Source of the DNA: Dehalococcoidia bacterium
GTDB taxonomy: Bacteria > Chloroflexota > Dehalococcoidia > DSTF01 > RBG-16-68-14
DNA length: 58,147 nt
NCBI GenBank assembly: GCA_040882355.1
Contig: JBBEBM010000077.1
Location: 1-58,147, forward strand
Direction: 5' to 3'
The position numbers were made by a program, and so were the translations under genes. Shown one piece after another: positions 20,552 to 30,526 of this stretch. How positions within the stretch are numbered: position 1 is the stretch's first letter; each line of letters opens with the position of its first letter. The notes under the pieces were generated by a model. That model ran no database searches. It worked only from the letters and a program-made list of their open reading frames with translations, and was not told the origin of the DNA.

Positions 20552-21451
20552 TTACTGCTGGAGCGTGATGATCGCGGCGGCGAGGAGCATCGCCTGGGCG
20601 CCGATGGCGGCGAGGAAGAGCAGGTAGCCGACGGTGCGCTCCCAGGCGTGGAGCACGAAGCCCAGGATGAGGTTCACCGCCAGCAGGCCCAGGCCAGTGA
20701 TCGGGATGGTGAGCAGCTCTTCCTTGTTGTCGACGCGGGTCACGCCGCTGAGCGACGGGAAGGAGAGCGGGATGCTCTCCGGCAAGTCAGGGTAGTGGTA
20801 GTAGACGTAGCCCATCGTCACCGCGCAGGCGAGCATGGCGGCCAGCGCGAGCGCCTGCGCCAGCGGGTCGTGCCAGAAGGGTAGCGCTGCGAGTGACGCG
20901 CGCTCGGTCACCTGCGGGAGCGAGACGAGCTGGCCCATTCGCTGGTGGCCCTGCAGCTCTTCGGCGAACTGCACTTCGTTGGGCACTGAGATCGCGTACG
21001 CCTGGGCGGGCGTGACGACGTAGAGCAACTCCTCGTGGCTGCGATGCGTCGAGTAGAAGATCACCTCGCCCAGATCGCCGACATTCGCCCGGCCGACGTG
21101 ATGGCCGAGCCATGAGACGCCGCTCACCTTGGGGGGCGGCAGCTCGCGCCCGGGCACCAGCCGCTCGATACGGTCCATCGGGATGAGCTGGCGGATGTCG
21201 CCCCAGCGGATGGTGAGGCCGTTGCGGTCCAGGTGGTACTGGAGCGTCAGGCAGCCGTACGTCCAGTAGGTGAAGAGACAGCCCAGGCCGAAAAAGAACG
21301 TGGCGGCGACGTAGAGGGCGACGGCGGCGACGTCGATAGGCTCCGTCAGGCCGCGCCAGAGCAGCGCGCCGGTGAAGACGAAGCACCAGAGGGACATGGT
21401 CGCCCCGATCAGGGCGCCGATGGTGCGGGAAGGGCGCAGCTCGGAAAACAT
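20552..21451 (-). CDS. Membrane protein with bacterial PH domain and DUF1648-like C-terminus
   Basis: TM helices, YHLDRNGLTIRWG..IPMDRI, YAISVP, YPDLPESIPLSF followed by two TM helices. Confidence 0.6.
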   Translation of the reverse strand: MFSELRPSRTIGALIGATMSLWCFVFTGALLWRGLTEPIDVAAVALYVAATFFFGLGCLFTYWTYGCLTLQYHLDRNGLTIRWGDIRQLIPMDRIERLVPGRELPPPKVSGVSWLGHHVGRANVGDLGEVIFYSTHRSHEELLYVVTPAQAYAISVPNEVQFAEELQGHQRMGQLVSLPQVTERASLAALPFWHDPLAQALALAAMLACAVTMGYVYYHYPDLPESIPLSFPSLSGVTRVDNKEELLTIPITGLGLLAVNLILGFVLHAWERTVGYLLFLAAIGAQAMLLAAAIITLQQ

Positions 21452-21464
21452 GGGTTGCGGGCGG

Positions 21465-22388
21465 CTACTCCCAGCGCGCCGGTGTCACCCAGTGGGCGTA
21501 CTTGCCGTTCTTGCCGCGCATGGCGTCGAAGTAGAGCTGCTGGAGGCGCTTCGTAACATCGCCGGGCTCGCCCGTACCAACGGGGCGTCGGTCGACCTCG
21601 ATGACGGATGTCACGTGCGCGGCGGTGCCCGTCATGAAGCACTCGTCGGCGACGTAGAGCTCGCTGCGGTCGATGCTGCGCTCGACGGTCTCGATGCCGA
21701 GCTCATCGCGGGCGAGGGTGCTGACCGAGTCGCGGGTGATGCCTTCGAGGATGTTGTCCGACGGCGCGGGCGTGATCAGCTTGCCGTCGCGCACGATGAA
21801 GATGTTCTCGCCGCTGCCCTCGGAGACGTGGCCGCGCTCGTCGAGCATGATCGCCTCGTCGAAGCCGTTCTCGAGCGCCTCGGTCTTGGCGAGGGCGGAG
21901 TTGACATAAAGGCCGTTCACCTTCGCGCGGGCCGGGATGCCCAGGTCGTCGACACGGCGCCAGGTGGAGGTGGCGCAGCGGATACCCGCGTTCACGTCGA
22001 GGTAGTTGCCGAAGGGCATGACGAAGACGAGGAAGTCGTCGTCGATGTCGTGCATGCGCGGGCCGATCGCCTCCTCGCTCTTGTAGGCGATGGGGCGCAC
22101 GTAGACGTCCTCGTGGTAGCCGCTGCGCGCGACGAGCTCCGTCGTCAGGTCGCAGAGCTCGTCGTCGGAGTGCGAGAGGTTGATGCGGAGGATGCGGCAG
22201 CTCCTGCGTAGGCGTTGGTAGTGCTCGCGAAGGCGGAAGATGTAGACGCTGCCGTCGTCCTCGTTCCAGTTGCCGCGGATGCCCTCGAAGCACGCCGTCC
22301 CGTAGAGGAACGCGTGCGTCATGATGCCGATCTTCGCCTCCTCAAGAGGAACGAAACGCCGCTGGAAGTAAGCAGTGGGCGTCGACAT
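21465..22388 (-). CDS. ilvE: Branched-chain amino acid aminotransferase
   Basis: HAFLYGTACFEGIRG, AKVNGLYVNS (PLP Lys), SEGSGENIF, LEGITRDS, TGTAA; SD AAAGGAG. Confidence 0.95.
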   Translation of the reverse strand: MSTPTAYFQRRFVPLEEAKIGIMTHAFLYGTACFEGIRGNWNEDDGSVYIFRLREHYQRLRRSCRILRINLSHSDDELCDLTTELVARSGYHEDVYVRPIAYKSEEAIGPRMHDIDDDFLVFVMPFGNYLDVNAGIRCATSTWRRVDDLGIPARAKVNGLYVNSALAKTEALENGFDEAIMLDERGHVSEGSGENIFIVRDGKLITPAPSDNILEGITRDSVSTLARDELGIETVERSIDRSELYVADECFMTGTAAHVTSVIEVDRRPVGTGEPGDVTKRLQQLYFDAMRGKNGKYAHWVTPARWE

Positions 22389-22454
22389 CCGCGTGGCTCC
22401 TTTCGCCGGTGGCTGCCAGTATAGCAGGTGGCGGAAGGGTCGCCAATGAAGCAA

Positions 22455-22490
22455 GGAAGGGAGGCCCTCACGAGGAAGGGCCTCCCTTCC
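22455..22490. terminator. Strong hairpin after the S8 protease gene
   Basis: GGAAGGGAGGCCCT / AGGGCCTCCCTTCC, a perfect 14-bp stem. Confidence 0.6.
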
Positions 22491-22508
22491 ACGAGCGAGT
22501 GGCAGCGG

Positions 22509-24343
22509 TCAAGCGCAGCTATGCCCGAACTGAGCGATCACGGCTCCCAGGTCACCGATTGCGATCGTTCCGTCCGGCGGCTGGAGATCCCATGAGTTCG
22601 CGCCCGGATAGGCGCCGTTGCGATCCGCGCTTGTGTGGTAACCACCCGAGCTTAGGGGAGGTACCAAGGGGTCACCGTTGGGATTGCCCACCGTGCCGAA
22701 GCGGGTCACGACAGCTCCGATGTCGCTGACGGCAACGATCCGGTCTCTGGCGAGCGGCAATCCTGTGTACTGGTCCATGAAGTCCCAGAAGTCGAGCGGG
22801 TTCCTGATCCCGCCGCCCGTCTGACTGCCGTCGGCGTCCCGGAACTCGCGAAAATTGGTGCAGCCGTCCTGGTCGAAGTCGGCGCTGCCTTGGGTCAGCA
22901 GAGCAACCCGCGCGTCAACGCGCGGTCTCGTGCGATAGCTATTGGCGTTCGTGTCGTTGAACTGATCGGTCACCAGCTTCCCGCTGAACTCAAGCCGCTT
23001 CTCAATCTCATTCACCCTGCGATCTACCTCGGCTGCGTTTAGACCCGGCGCTCTTGGGTTGAGGTCCGGGTCGGCGTCCAGCATGAGCGCGGCAACCCCG
23101 GCGGCTTGCGGGCTTGCGAACGAGGTACCCGAAACAGAGCGGATACAGGCGGCGTCCACATAGCAGGGAAAGGTTGAGGCGACCACCGATCCGGGGGCGA
23201 GCAGATCGAGGTCATCCGAGGACTGGGAAAAGCAAGTGGTCAGGTCAGGCGCCGTCGCCTGGATCTCGGTGCAATACCCGGGATGTGCCCCCGGGACGCC
23301 CGACGCGTCGTAGACTGCGCCGACGGCCATGACCTTATCAATGCAGGCCGGAAAGGTCAGGCGGTCCTTGAACAATTTGTTGCCTGCCGCCGGCGAAGCT
23401 GAGCGTCCCCTCCTCCCGCAGAGCCTGCACAGTAAACCAGACTGCCGGGGCGTCCGCGCCCTCGGCGGGGAACGTAGGTGACTCGCACTCGCCCGGTAGA
23501 TAGTCTTCGACGCCGGCAATGCTCATGTTGATGAACTCGATGTCCGCCCGTTGCAGGACGTCGCCGAGCGCGGCGAGGACCGCCGCCCAGGTGCCGTTGC
23601 CTGAGTCGTTATAGATCTTGTAGGCGTGAAATGCGCGCGCCGGGCGCGACGCCTGCAGAGGCCAAACCGTTGTCACCGTTCGATGTGATGGCTCCGCTCA
23701 CGAGCGTGCCATGGCCGAAGCCGTCCCGCGCCGGATGGCTGGGCAGTCCAGGACAGCCGGCGGGACTGGGATCTCCCTCAGGGGTGAAGAGCGTACAGTG
23801 CTCGCTCGCGAGGCTATCCGCCAGGTCTGGATGGTCCGGGTCGATCCCACTATCGAGCACGGCGACATCGACGTCGGCCCCCGTGACGCCACCAGTGTGG
23901 ACCTGGTCGGCCTTCATGAGGGGCACGCTCTCAAGCAGCGTTGGGAAGACGTCGCTGTTCAGGTGAACGGCCCACACGTCCGGGAGGCCAGCCAGCGTCT
24001 GGATGCCGCTCGGTGTCACTCGCCCGACCAGCGCCGGGACGGACTCGTACTGCCAGGTGAGCTCAAAGTCGCTGCTGCTGAGGCTGCCGAGGACGTTCGC
24101 TTGCCGGGCGGCGACATCTTGCTGGAGGTCCGGCAGCGTTAACTGGTCCAGCGGTGTTACCGGAGGCTGCAACGAAACGATTACGCCCACCTGCGGCTCC
24201 TGTTCCAGCGCCGTCAGCACGGCGGCGTGGATCTTGCCGGGCTGTTGGAGTGACGCCTGGCGTGCGAACGGCCCGGACTGAGCAAGGGCGCTGACGAGGA
24301 TCACCAGCACCAGGACCGTGATCTTGGCGAAACCGCCGTTCAT
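22509..24343 (-). pseudogene. Secreted S8 subtilase with flexitail-like C-terminal domain, split by two +1 frameshifts (pseudogene or sequence error)
   Basis: Signal peptide, VAVLDSGID, HGTLVSG in frame 1; INMSIAG in frame 2; AAGN and GTSFASP in frame 3; extra bases at ~23630 and ~23391; C-terminus DFDQDGC..RNPLDFWDF..PDGTIAIGDLGAVIAQFGHSC. Confidence 0.8.
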
Positions 24344-24407
24344 GGTTCGTCTCCTTTCGAACTCCTGTCCGCGAACATGGTTTTTCAGACGGATCGGATT
24401 CGTCAAG

Positions 24408-26009
24408 TCATGGGCTGCGCTCCTTCCGGCGGGCGCAGCGGAATGCCGCCGCCGCAAGGCAGACAGATATCCCTGCAAGAAGCACAAGGATGAGACCACC
24501 GCTCGCGGGCGGATCACGCCTCCCGCTTTGGGGTAGGGCACTCACGTCTGGAAATGTGGGAGTGGTTCTCGCGGTCGCCGCCGCGGACGGGACTGGAGTG
24601 TCCGTCGGCGGCAACTGCGTTGGGGTCGAGGTTGGTGTCATCGTAGGCGTTGGCTTGGCACCGAACCCGACCACGTTGAGGAGAACCTGCGAGTCATTGC
24701 AGCAGATGCCGGCGCCTAACTCGCCGTAGAAATTGGCCCCCCAGCACATCAGCCCTCCGGTCGTTGGGACGGCGCAGGTGTGATTGCTGCCCGCTTCCAC
24801 CACGATGCCTGTTAGCCGAGGCTCGGGTGTGTAGCAGCCCGACCCGCCGCAACCCCCCCCATTGAATGATTCCCCCCAGCACATCACCCTGCTCCCACCG
24901 GCAATTGCGCAAGTGTAGTCAAGTCCTGCGGTCAGAGCCGTCGCGCCAGAGAATCTCTCCAGGCAGAGTTGCTCTACCTCATCAAAGAGCTGGCAGACGA
25001 CCACAGGCGTCGGGCAGAAGTACGTGGGCGATGGCCGCGAACGGTCGGTGCACGCGAAGACATCCCCTAGTAAGGCGCCGCCGTTCCAGCCCCAGCATCG
25101 CACCTCGCCCGCGGCAACGATCGCGCACGTGTGCTGCGTCCCCGCCGTGATGCCACTGCCTCCTGAGAATGTCTCTGTGCAGACCTCCGCAGCTTCGTCA
25201 TAGGTTTGACACACATCGTCGGGCGTCGTCCGAAAGCGAAGGTCAGGAAGCGGGCCGTCAAAGATGAAGCCCCCCGTGCCGTCCCCCAGCTCGCCCACGG
25301 TGTTGTCACCCCAGCACTTCACGCCCCCGTCCAGCATGAGGGCACAGGAGAAGAGCCAACCGGCAGCTAGCCCGGCCACTCCGCGGAGCGGCTCTCCGCA
25401 GGCAGCATCAGCGCACACGGCGGTGGGTGTTGGACATTCGGCGCCGCAGCGCTGTCCATCCCCTAGCTGACCTGTAGTGTTGCTACCCCAGCACTTCACA
25501 GCGCGATCGGACGTCAGCGCGCAGGTATGGTAGTTGCCAGCGACGACCGAGATGACGCCGCTCAATGGCGTCGCGCAGGCCTCGTCCGCGCAGACGTCGA
25601 CGGGATAGGGGACTGCGTGGGCCGTGTCTTCACCGAGTTCGCCATTCCCCAGCTGCCCCTGGTTGCTGCTGCCCCAGCACTTCACGCCACCACCTTCCAT
25701 GAGCGCGCACGTGTGCGTGTTGCCGGCTGTGATCCTGGCGACGCCGCTCAGCGGCGTGATGCACGCGGCGTCCGCGCAGACGTCCACCGGTTCGTAGCGC
25801 CGCAAATCTGTCGTCCCGTCCCCGCGCTGGCCTGAGGGTCCGCCGCCCCAACACTTGACGGTGCCCTCTCCTGTGAGGGCGCAAGTGTGGACGGCGCCGG
25901 CAGCGACGGCGACAACGCCCGCTGCCGCTGCGGGTCGCGGCGCCGTCCAGGTGACGCCCAGGCTGAGGGCCAGAAGGACGAGAGCACCGAGTGAGAGACG
26001 TGTCCGCAT
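24408..26009 (-). CDS. Secreted RCC1-repeat beta-propeller protein with LPxSG-type sorting tail
   Basis: Signal peptide; repeated AGxxHTCAL..GGVKCWGxNxxGQLG; P/T linker; LPQSG followed by a hydrophobic helix and basic tail. Confidence 0.85.
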   Translation of the reverse strand: MRTRLSLGALVLLALSLGVTWTAPRPAAAAGVVAVAAGAVHTCALTGEGTVKCWGGGPSGQRGDGTTDLRRYEPVDVCADAACITPLSGVARITAGNTHTCALMEGGGVKCWGSSNQGQLGNGELGEDTAHAVPYPVDVCADEACATPLSGVISVVAGNYHTCALTSDRAVKCWGSNTTGQLGDGQRCGAECPTPTAVCADAACGEPLRGVAGLAAGWLFSCALMLDGGVKCWGDNTVGELGDGTGGFIFDGPLPDLRFRTTPDDVCQTYDEAAEVCTETFSGGSGITAGTQHTCAIVAAGEVRCWGWNGGALLGDVFACTDRSRPSPTYFCPTPVVVCQLFDEVEQLCLERFSGATALTAGLDYTCAIAGGSRVMCWGESFNGGGCGGSGCYTPEPRLTGIVVEAGSNHTCAVPTTGGLMCWGANFYGELGAGICCNDSQVLLNVVGFGAKPTPTMTPTSTPTQLPPTDTPVPSAAATARTTPTFPDVSALPQSGRRDPPASGGLILVLLAGISVCLAAAAFRCARRKERSP

Positions 26010-26150
26010 CAGCTCCGCCTTTCGCGGGTGAATCTGCTGTAGCGTAGGGCCGAATGCGAGCATTGTCAAGAGCTCGTTGGGGATGGAGGGCGCCGTTCTG
26101 TCTCCCACGTCGCCTCCGTGTTAGAATGCGCTAGCCTCGGGGCCATTGTT

Positions 26151-27833
26151 ATGTCTGAGACGATCTTCATCGGGGTCGCGTGGCCCTATGCGAACGGGCC
26201 GCTTCACCAGGGCCACATCGTCGGCACGTTCCTGCCCGCCGACTGCTTCGCCCGCTACCACCGGCTGCGCGGCGACAAGGTGCTGATGGTCTCGGGCAGC
26301 GACCAGCACGGCACGCCGATTACCGTGCGCGCCGAGAAGGAGGGTCGCACACCGCAGGAGGTCGTCGACGAGTTCCACGCCAGCTTCGTCCGATCGATCG
26401 ACTGGCTTGGGATCAGCATGGACCTCTTCACCACGACGGGCACCGCGAACCATCGCGAGACGGTGCAGCGCATCTTCCTGAAGCTGTTCGAACAGGGCGA
26501 CATCTACAGGGCGTCGATGGTGCTGCTGTTCTGCCCGAACGACCAGCGCTTCCTCCCTGACCGCTACGTCGAGGGCACCTGCCCGAACTGCGGCTACGAG
26601 CAGGCGCGCGGCGACGAGTGCGAGAACTGTGGCCGCACCTTCGACGCGGCGGACCTGATCGACCCGCGCTGCAAGCTCTGCGGCGCGACGCCGGAGCCGC
26701 GCGAGACGGAGCACTACTTCTTGCGTCTGAGCGCGTACTCGGACCGGCTGCGCGATTGGGTGTCATCGCAACAGCACTGGCGGCGCTACGTCGTCAACTT
26801 CACGCTGGGGATCATCAACGAAGGGCTGCGCGATCGCGCGATCACCCGCGACCTCGACTGGGGGATCCCGATCCCGACCGAAGAGCTGGGCGCCGGCAAG
26901 CGGCTCTACGTGTGGTTCGAGAACGTCATCGGCTACCTCTCCGCATCGAAGGAGTGGTCGCAGCAGCAGGGCACACCGGAGGTCTGGCGTGAGTACTGGC
27001 AGGACCCCGAGTGTCGCAGCTACTACTTCATCGGCAAGGACAACATCTTCTTCCACTCGATAAGCTGGCCGATGGAGATCATGGCTTACGGAGACACCGA
27101 TGGGCGGCCGCTCAACCTGCCCTACGACGTGCCCGCGAACCAGTTCATGAACCTCGGCGGCGCCAAGACATCCACGAGCCGCGGCATAGGCGTCACTATC
27201 CCCAGCCTGATCGATCGCTACGACCCGGACGCGGTGCGCTACTATCTCTGCGCGACGATGCCCGAAACGGCGGACTCGGATTTCATGTGGGCCGACTTCT
27301 ATGCCCGCAACAACAACGAGCTGGTCGCGACGTGGGGCAACCTGGCGCACCGGGCGCTCACGCTCACGTATCGCAACTTCGACGGTTGCGTGCCTGACCC
27401 GGGCGAGCTGGACGAGCGCTGCGAAGCGCTCATCGCGCGCGCGGAACAGACGCTGGTCGACGTGGGCGAGGCGCTGGCAGCCTGTCACTTCCGCGCGGGC
27501 CTCTCGGCGGCGATGGCGCTCGCGCAGGAGACGAACCGCTTCCTGGACGAGACGGCGCCCTGGAAGGCGCTGCCGGACGACCGGCCAAGCGCCGCCCGCA
27601 GCCTCTACACTGTGATCACGTCGATCAGCGCGCTCAAGGTGGCGCTGGCGCCGTACCTGCCGTTCAGCAGCGAGCGGCTCCACGGCTATCTCGGCTACGA
27701 TACGCCGCTGGCGCAGGACGGCTGGACGCTCGTGCGGCCAACACCCGGCCAGGCGCTGCGCGAGCCGGCGCCCCTCTTTACAAAGCTCGACCCCACGCTG
27801 GTGGAGGAGGAAGAGGAGCGCCTGGCGTCGTGA
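26151..27833 (+). CDS. metG: Methionine--tRNA ligase
   Basis: AWPYANGPLHQGH (HIGH), SGSDQHGTPI, Zn knuckle, YVWFE, IGKDNIFFH, KTSTS. Confidence 0.97.
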   Translation: MSETIFIGVAWPYANGPLHQGHIVGTFLPADCFARYHRLRGDKVLMVSGSDQHGTPITVRAEKEGRTPQEVVDEFHASFVRSIDWLGISMDLFTTTGTANHRETVQRIFLKLFEQGDIYRASMVLLFCPNDQRFLPDRYVEGTCPNCGYEQARGDECENCGRTFDAADLIDPRCKLCGATPEPRETEHYFLRLSAYSDRLRDWVSSQQHWRRYVVNFTLGIINEGLRDRAITRDLDWGIPIPTEELGAGKRLYVWFENVIGYLSASKEWSQQQGTPEVWREYWQDPECRSYYFIGKDNIFFHSISWPMEIMAYGDTDGRPLNLPYDVPANQFMNLGGAKTSTSRGIGVTIPSLIDRYDPDAVRYYLCATMPETADSDFMWADFYARNNNELVATWGNLAHRALTLTYRNFDGCVPDPGELDERCEALIARAEQTLVDVGEALAACHFRAGLSAAMALAQETNRFLDETAPWKALPDDRPSAARSLYTVITSISALKVALAPYLPFSSERLHGYLGYDTPLAQDGWTLVRPTPGQALREPAPLFTKLDPTLVEEEEERLAS

Positions 27834-28705
27834 GCATGCGCCTCTTCGATAGCCACGCCCATCTGCAGGACCGCGCGTTCGAACGCGACTGCGCCGAGGT
27901 GATCGAGCGCGCGCGCGACGCCGGCGTCGGGGGCGTGGTGGTGCTCGGCACGGACGTGGTGACATCCGAGGAGGCGATCGCGATGGCGGAAGCGAACGCC
28001 GTCGTTCACGCCGCCGCCGGCTGCCACCCGCACGACGCGCGTTCGATGAACGAGCCATCGCTTGAACGGCTCGCGGAGCTTGCGCAGTACCCGCGCGTGG
28101 TCGCCGTGGGCGAGATCGGCCTCGACTTCTATCGCAACCTTTCGCAGCACGACCAGCAGATCGAAGTCTTCCGGCGGCAGCTCGATACGGCAGCGGAGGT
28201 CGGGAAACCGGTCGCGGTGCACTGCCGCGACGCGGACGATACGATGCTGCCGCTGCTCGAATCGTGGTCGCGCCGGATGGGCGGGCGCCTGCCCGACGGC
28301 CGGCCGCTGGGGGTGATGCACTACTTCGCCGGCGACGTTGCGCTGGCGGAGCGCTGCATCGACCTCGGCTTCCTGATTTCGATCCATACGTCGGTGACCT
28401 ATCCGAGCGCGCACGTTCGCCAGGATGTCGCGCGGAGCATCTCGCTCGACTCGATGCTTGTGGAGACGGACAGTCCTTACGGCGCACCACAGTCGCGTCG
28501 TGAGGGCGCGAAGGGGCAGCGCCCGCGCGGCGAGCCGGCCGACGTGGCGGAGGCGGTGGCGAAGATCGCCGAGCTGCGCGGAGAAACGCCCGAGACGGTC
28601 GCCGAAGCGACGACAACGAACGCGCTGCGTCTGTTTGGCATCGAGGAGGCGTCCGTTGTGGCAGGGGGCGGCGCGTCGCGCCGGGCCGCGGAGAGGAGCG
28701 CCTGA
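27830..28705 (+). CDS. tatD: TatD family hydrolase/DNase
   Basis: DSHAHL, GCHPH, VGEIGLDFY, VHCRDA, LVETDSPY; directly after metG. Confidence 0.9.
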   Translation: MSMRLFDSHAHLQDRAFERDCAEVIERARDAGVGGVVVLGTDVVTSEEAIAMAEANAVVHAAAGCHPHDARSMNEPSLERLAELAQYPRVVAVGEIGLDFYRNLSQHDQQIEVFRRQLDTAAEVGKPVAVHCRDADDTMLPLLESWSRRMGGRLPDGRPLGVMHYFAGDVALAERCIDLGFLISIHTSVTYPSAHVRQDVARSISLDSMLVETDSPYGAPQSRREGAKGQRPRGEPADVAEAVAKIAELRGETPETVAEATTTNALRLFGIEEASVVAGGGASRRAAERSA

Positions 28706-29670
28706 TGCGGGTGGTTTCGATCTACGAACCGGTCCAGGAGGAGCTGGCCCAGGTCGAGGCTGCGCTCGACGTGCTCAAGAAGGTGGAGTACCCCTGGCTG
28801 CAGGAGATGCTCGACCACATCCTCTCGGCCGGCGGCAAGCGGCTCCGGCCCACGATCGCCCTGCTGGCGGGGCAGTTCGGCGACTACCAGCCCGAGCGGC
28901 TGGTGCCGCTAGCGGCCTCGATCGAGCTGCTCCACACGGCGACGCTCGTCCACGACGATGTGATCGACGCGTCCGACACGCGCCGCGGCCGGGCGACCGC
29001 GAACGCGCGCTTCCGAAACTCCGTATCAGTGATGCTGGGCGACTACATGTTCGCTCATGCCGCTAACCTGATCTGTCGCACAGAGAGCCTGGAGGTCGTG
29101 AAGCTGTTCTCTCGCACGCTGATGGCGATGGCTTCGGGGGAGCTGACCCAGGACATGAGCGCGTACGAGTACGGCCAGGACACGATGCACTACTTCCACC
29201 GCATCGGCGGGAAGACGGCGTCGCTCTTCGCGACGTCGGCACAGGGCGGCGCCCTTGTCGCCGGCGCGAGCGAGAGCTGGGTCGGGGCCCTGCGCGACTA
29301 CGGCGAGAACGTGGGCATGGCGTTCCAGATCGTAGACGACATCCTCGATTTCACCGGCGACGAGGCCGAGCTGGGCAAGCCAGTGGGAAGCGATCTGCTG
29401 CAAGGGACGCTCACGCTGCCATCGCTGCTGCTGATGGAGCGCTACCCAGACGACAACCCCGTGAAGAAGCTCTTCCGCAACAAGCGCCGTCAGGAGCACC
29501 TGGCCGAGGCGCTGGACTTGATCCAGAACTCCGACATTCTCGACCAGGCAGGCGCCGTTGCCCGCGACTTCCGCGACCGGGCCGTCGCTGCGCTGGATGC
29601 GCTGCCGGAGACGCCCGCCCGCGCGGCCCTGGTCGACATCGCCGACTTCCTGCTCGAGCGTCGCACGTAA
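28705..29670 (+). CDS. Polyprenyl diphosphate synthase (IspB/HepT-like)
   Basis: GGKRLRP, LVHDDVID..RRG, KTASLF, FQIVDDILD, GKPVGSDL. Confidence 0.92.
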   Translation: MRVVSIYEPVQEELAQVEAALDVLKKVEYPWLQEMLDHILSAGGKRLRPTIALLAGQFGDYQPERLVPLAASIELLHTATLVHDDVIDASDTRRGRATANARFRNSVSVMLGDYMFAHAANLICRTESLEVVKLFSRTLMAMASGELTQDMSAYEYGQDTMHYFHRIGGKTASLFATSAQGGALVAGASESWVGALRDYGENVGMAFQIVDDILDFTGDEAELGKPVGSDLLQGTLTLPSLLLMERYPDDNPVKKLFRNKRRQEHLAEALDLIQNSDILDQAGAVARDFRDRAVAALDALPETPARAALVDIADFLLERRT

Positions 29671-29707
29671 CAGCCCGTTGCTATACTGAGCCAGAGGTGC
29701 GCTAACG

Positions 29708-29992
29708 ATGCCGGTCTACGAGTACGCGTGCATGAAATGCCGGAAGGTGGTCAGCGTCCTCGTCCGTCGGATCGAAGGCGGCGATCAGGCCGTGAAGTGC
29801 CCGGACTGCGGAGGTAGGAAGCTGCAGCGGCTGGTCAGCGGCTTCGCGTTCCACCGATCGCTGCTAAGCAAGGTCGAACAGCTCGATCCCAAGTACGACA
29901 AGATGATCGACGCATCCAACCCGGACCTGTCGTTCGACAACCTGGTGAAGCAGTACAAACTCGATCAGCCGATCACAAAGCGCGAAGACTAG
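29708..29992 (+). CDS. FmdB family zinc-ribbon protein
   Basis: MPVYEYACMKC...CPDCGG..LQRLVS. Confidence 0.8.
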   Translation: MPVYEYACMKCRKVVSVLVRRIEGGDQAVKCPDCGGRKLQRLVSGFAFHRSLLSKVEQLDPKYDKMIDASNPDLSFDNLVKQYKLDQPITKRED

Positions 29993-30016
29993 TCTCGCTA
30001 GCAGACCATGAGAAGA

Positions 30017-30061
30017 GGGGGGGGGGGNNNNNNNNNNCCCCCCCCCCCCCCCCCCCCCCCC
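30017..30061. other. Scaffold gap (10 N) flanked by poly-G and poly-C
   Basis: G11-N10-C24 read directly from the sequence. Confidence 0.95.
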
Positions 30062-30091
30062 GCCTCTTGTTGTTTTACGTCGCCAGCGGGC

Positions 30092-30499
30092 CTAGCGCAG
30101 GTTGCGAGGTAGCAGGTTGGCGGAGGGACGGACGCCGGACTGGCGCATCTTGCGACCCTCCTTCGCCTGGAGCTGGCGCTTCTCGCGCTCCACTTCGACT
30201 TCGCCCTTCAGCTTCCTGGGCGGCGGCTTGGGCTTGTTCAGCTCAGGGTGCTCGTTTGGGCGCACCCGGCCGCTGATCTTCTTCTTCACTTCCTTGCCCA
30301 AGTGCCAGTAGGTGCCCTTGTCCGGCAGGCGACGAGCGTAGCCTTCGCGGAAGGTGAACGCGTTGAAGCTGGTGGGCATGATGCGCCCGCCGTCTCGATC
30401 GCAGACCGGGCATGGGGCGGGATCGGCGGCTTCGCGCATGGGGCGGAGCGTTTCGAAGATGCCGTCGCAGTGCTTGCAGAAGTACTCGTAGACAGGCAT
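30092..30499 (-). CDS. FmdB family zinc-ribbon protein
   Basis: MPVYEYFCKHC...CPVC..GRIMP; basic C-terminus. Confidence 0.8.
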   Translation of the reverse strand: MPVYEYFCKHCDGIFETLRPMREAADPAPCPVCDRDGGRIMPTSFNAFTFREGYARRLPDKGTYWHLGKEVKKKISGRVRPNEHPELNKPKPPPRKLKGEVEVEREKRQLQAKEGRKMRQSGVRPSANLLPRNLR

Positions 30500-30526
30500 A
30501 GCGCGACGCCAGTATAGCCGCGACAG

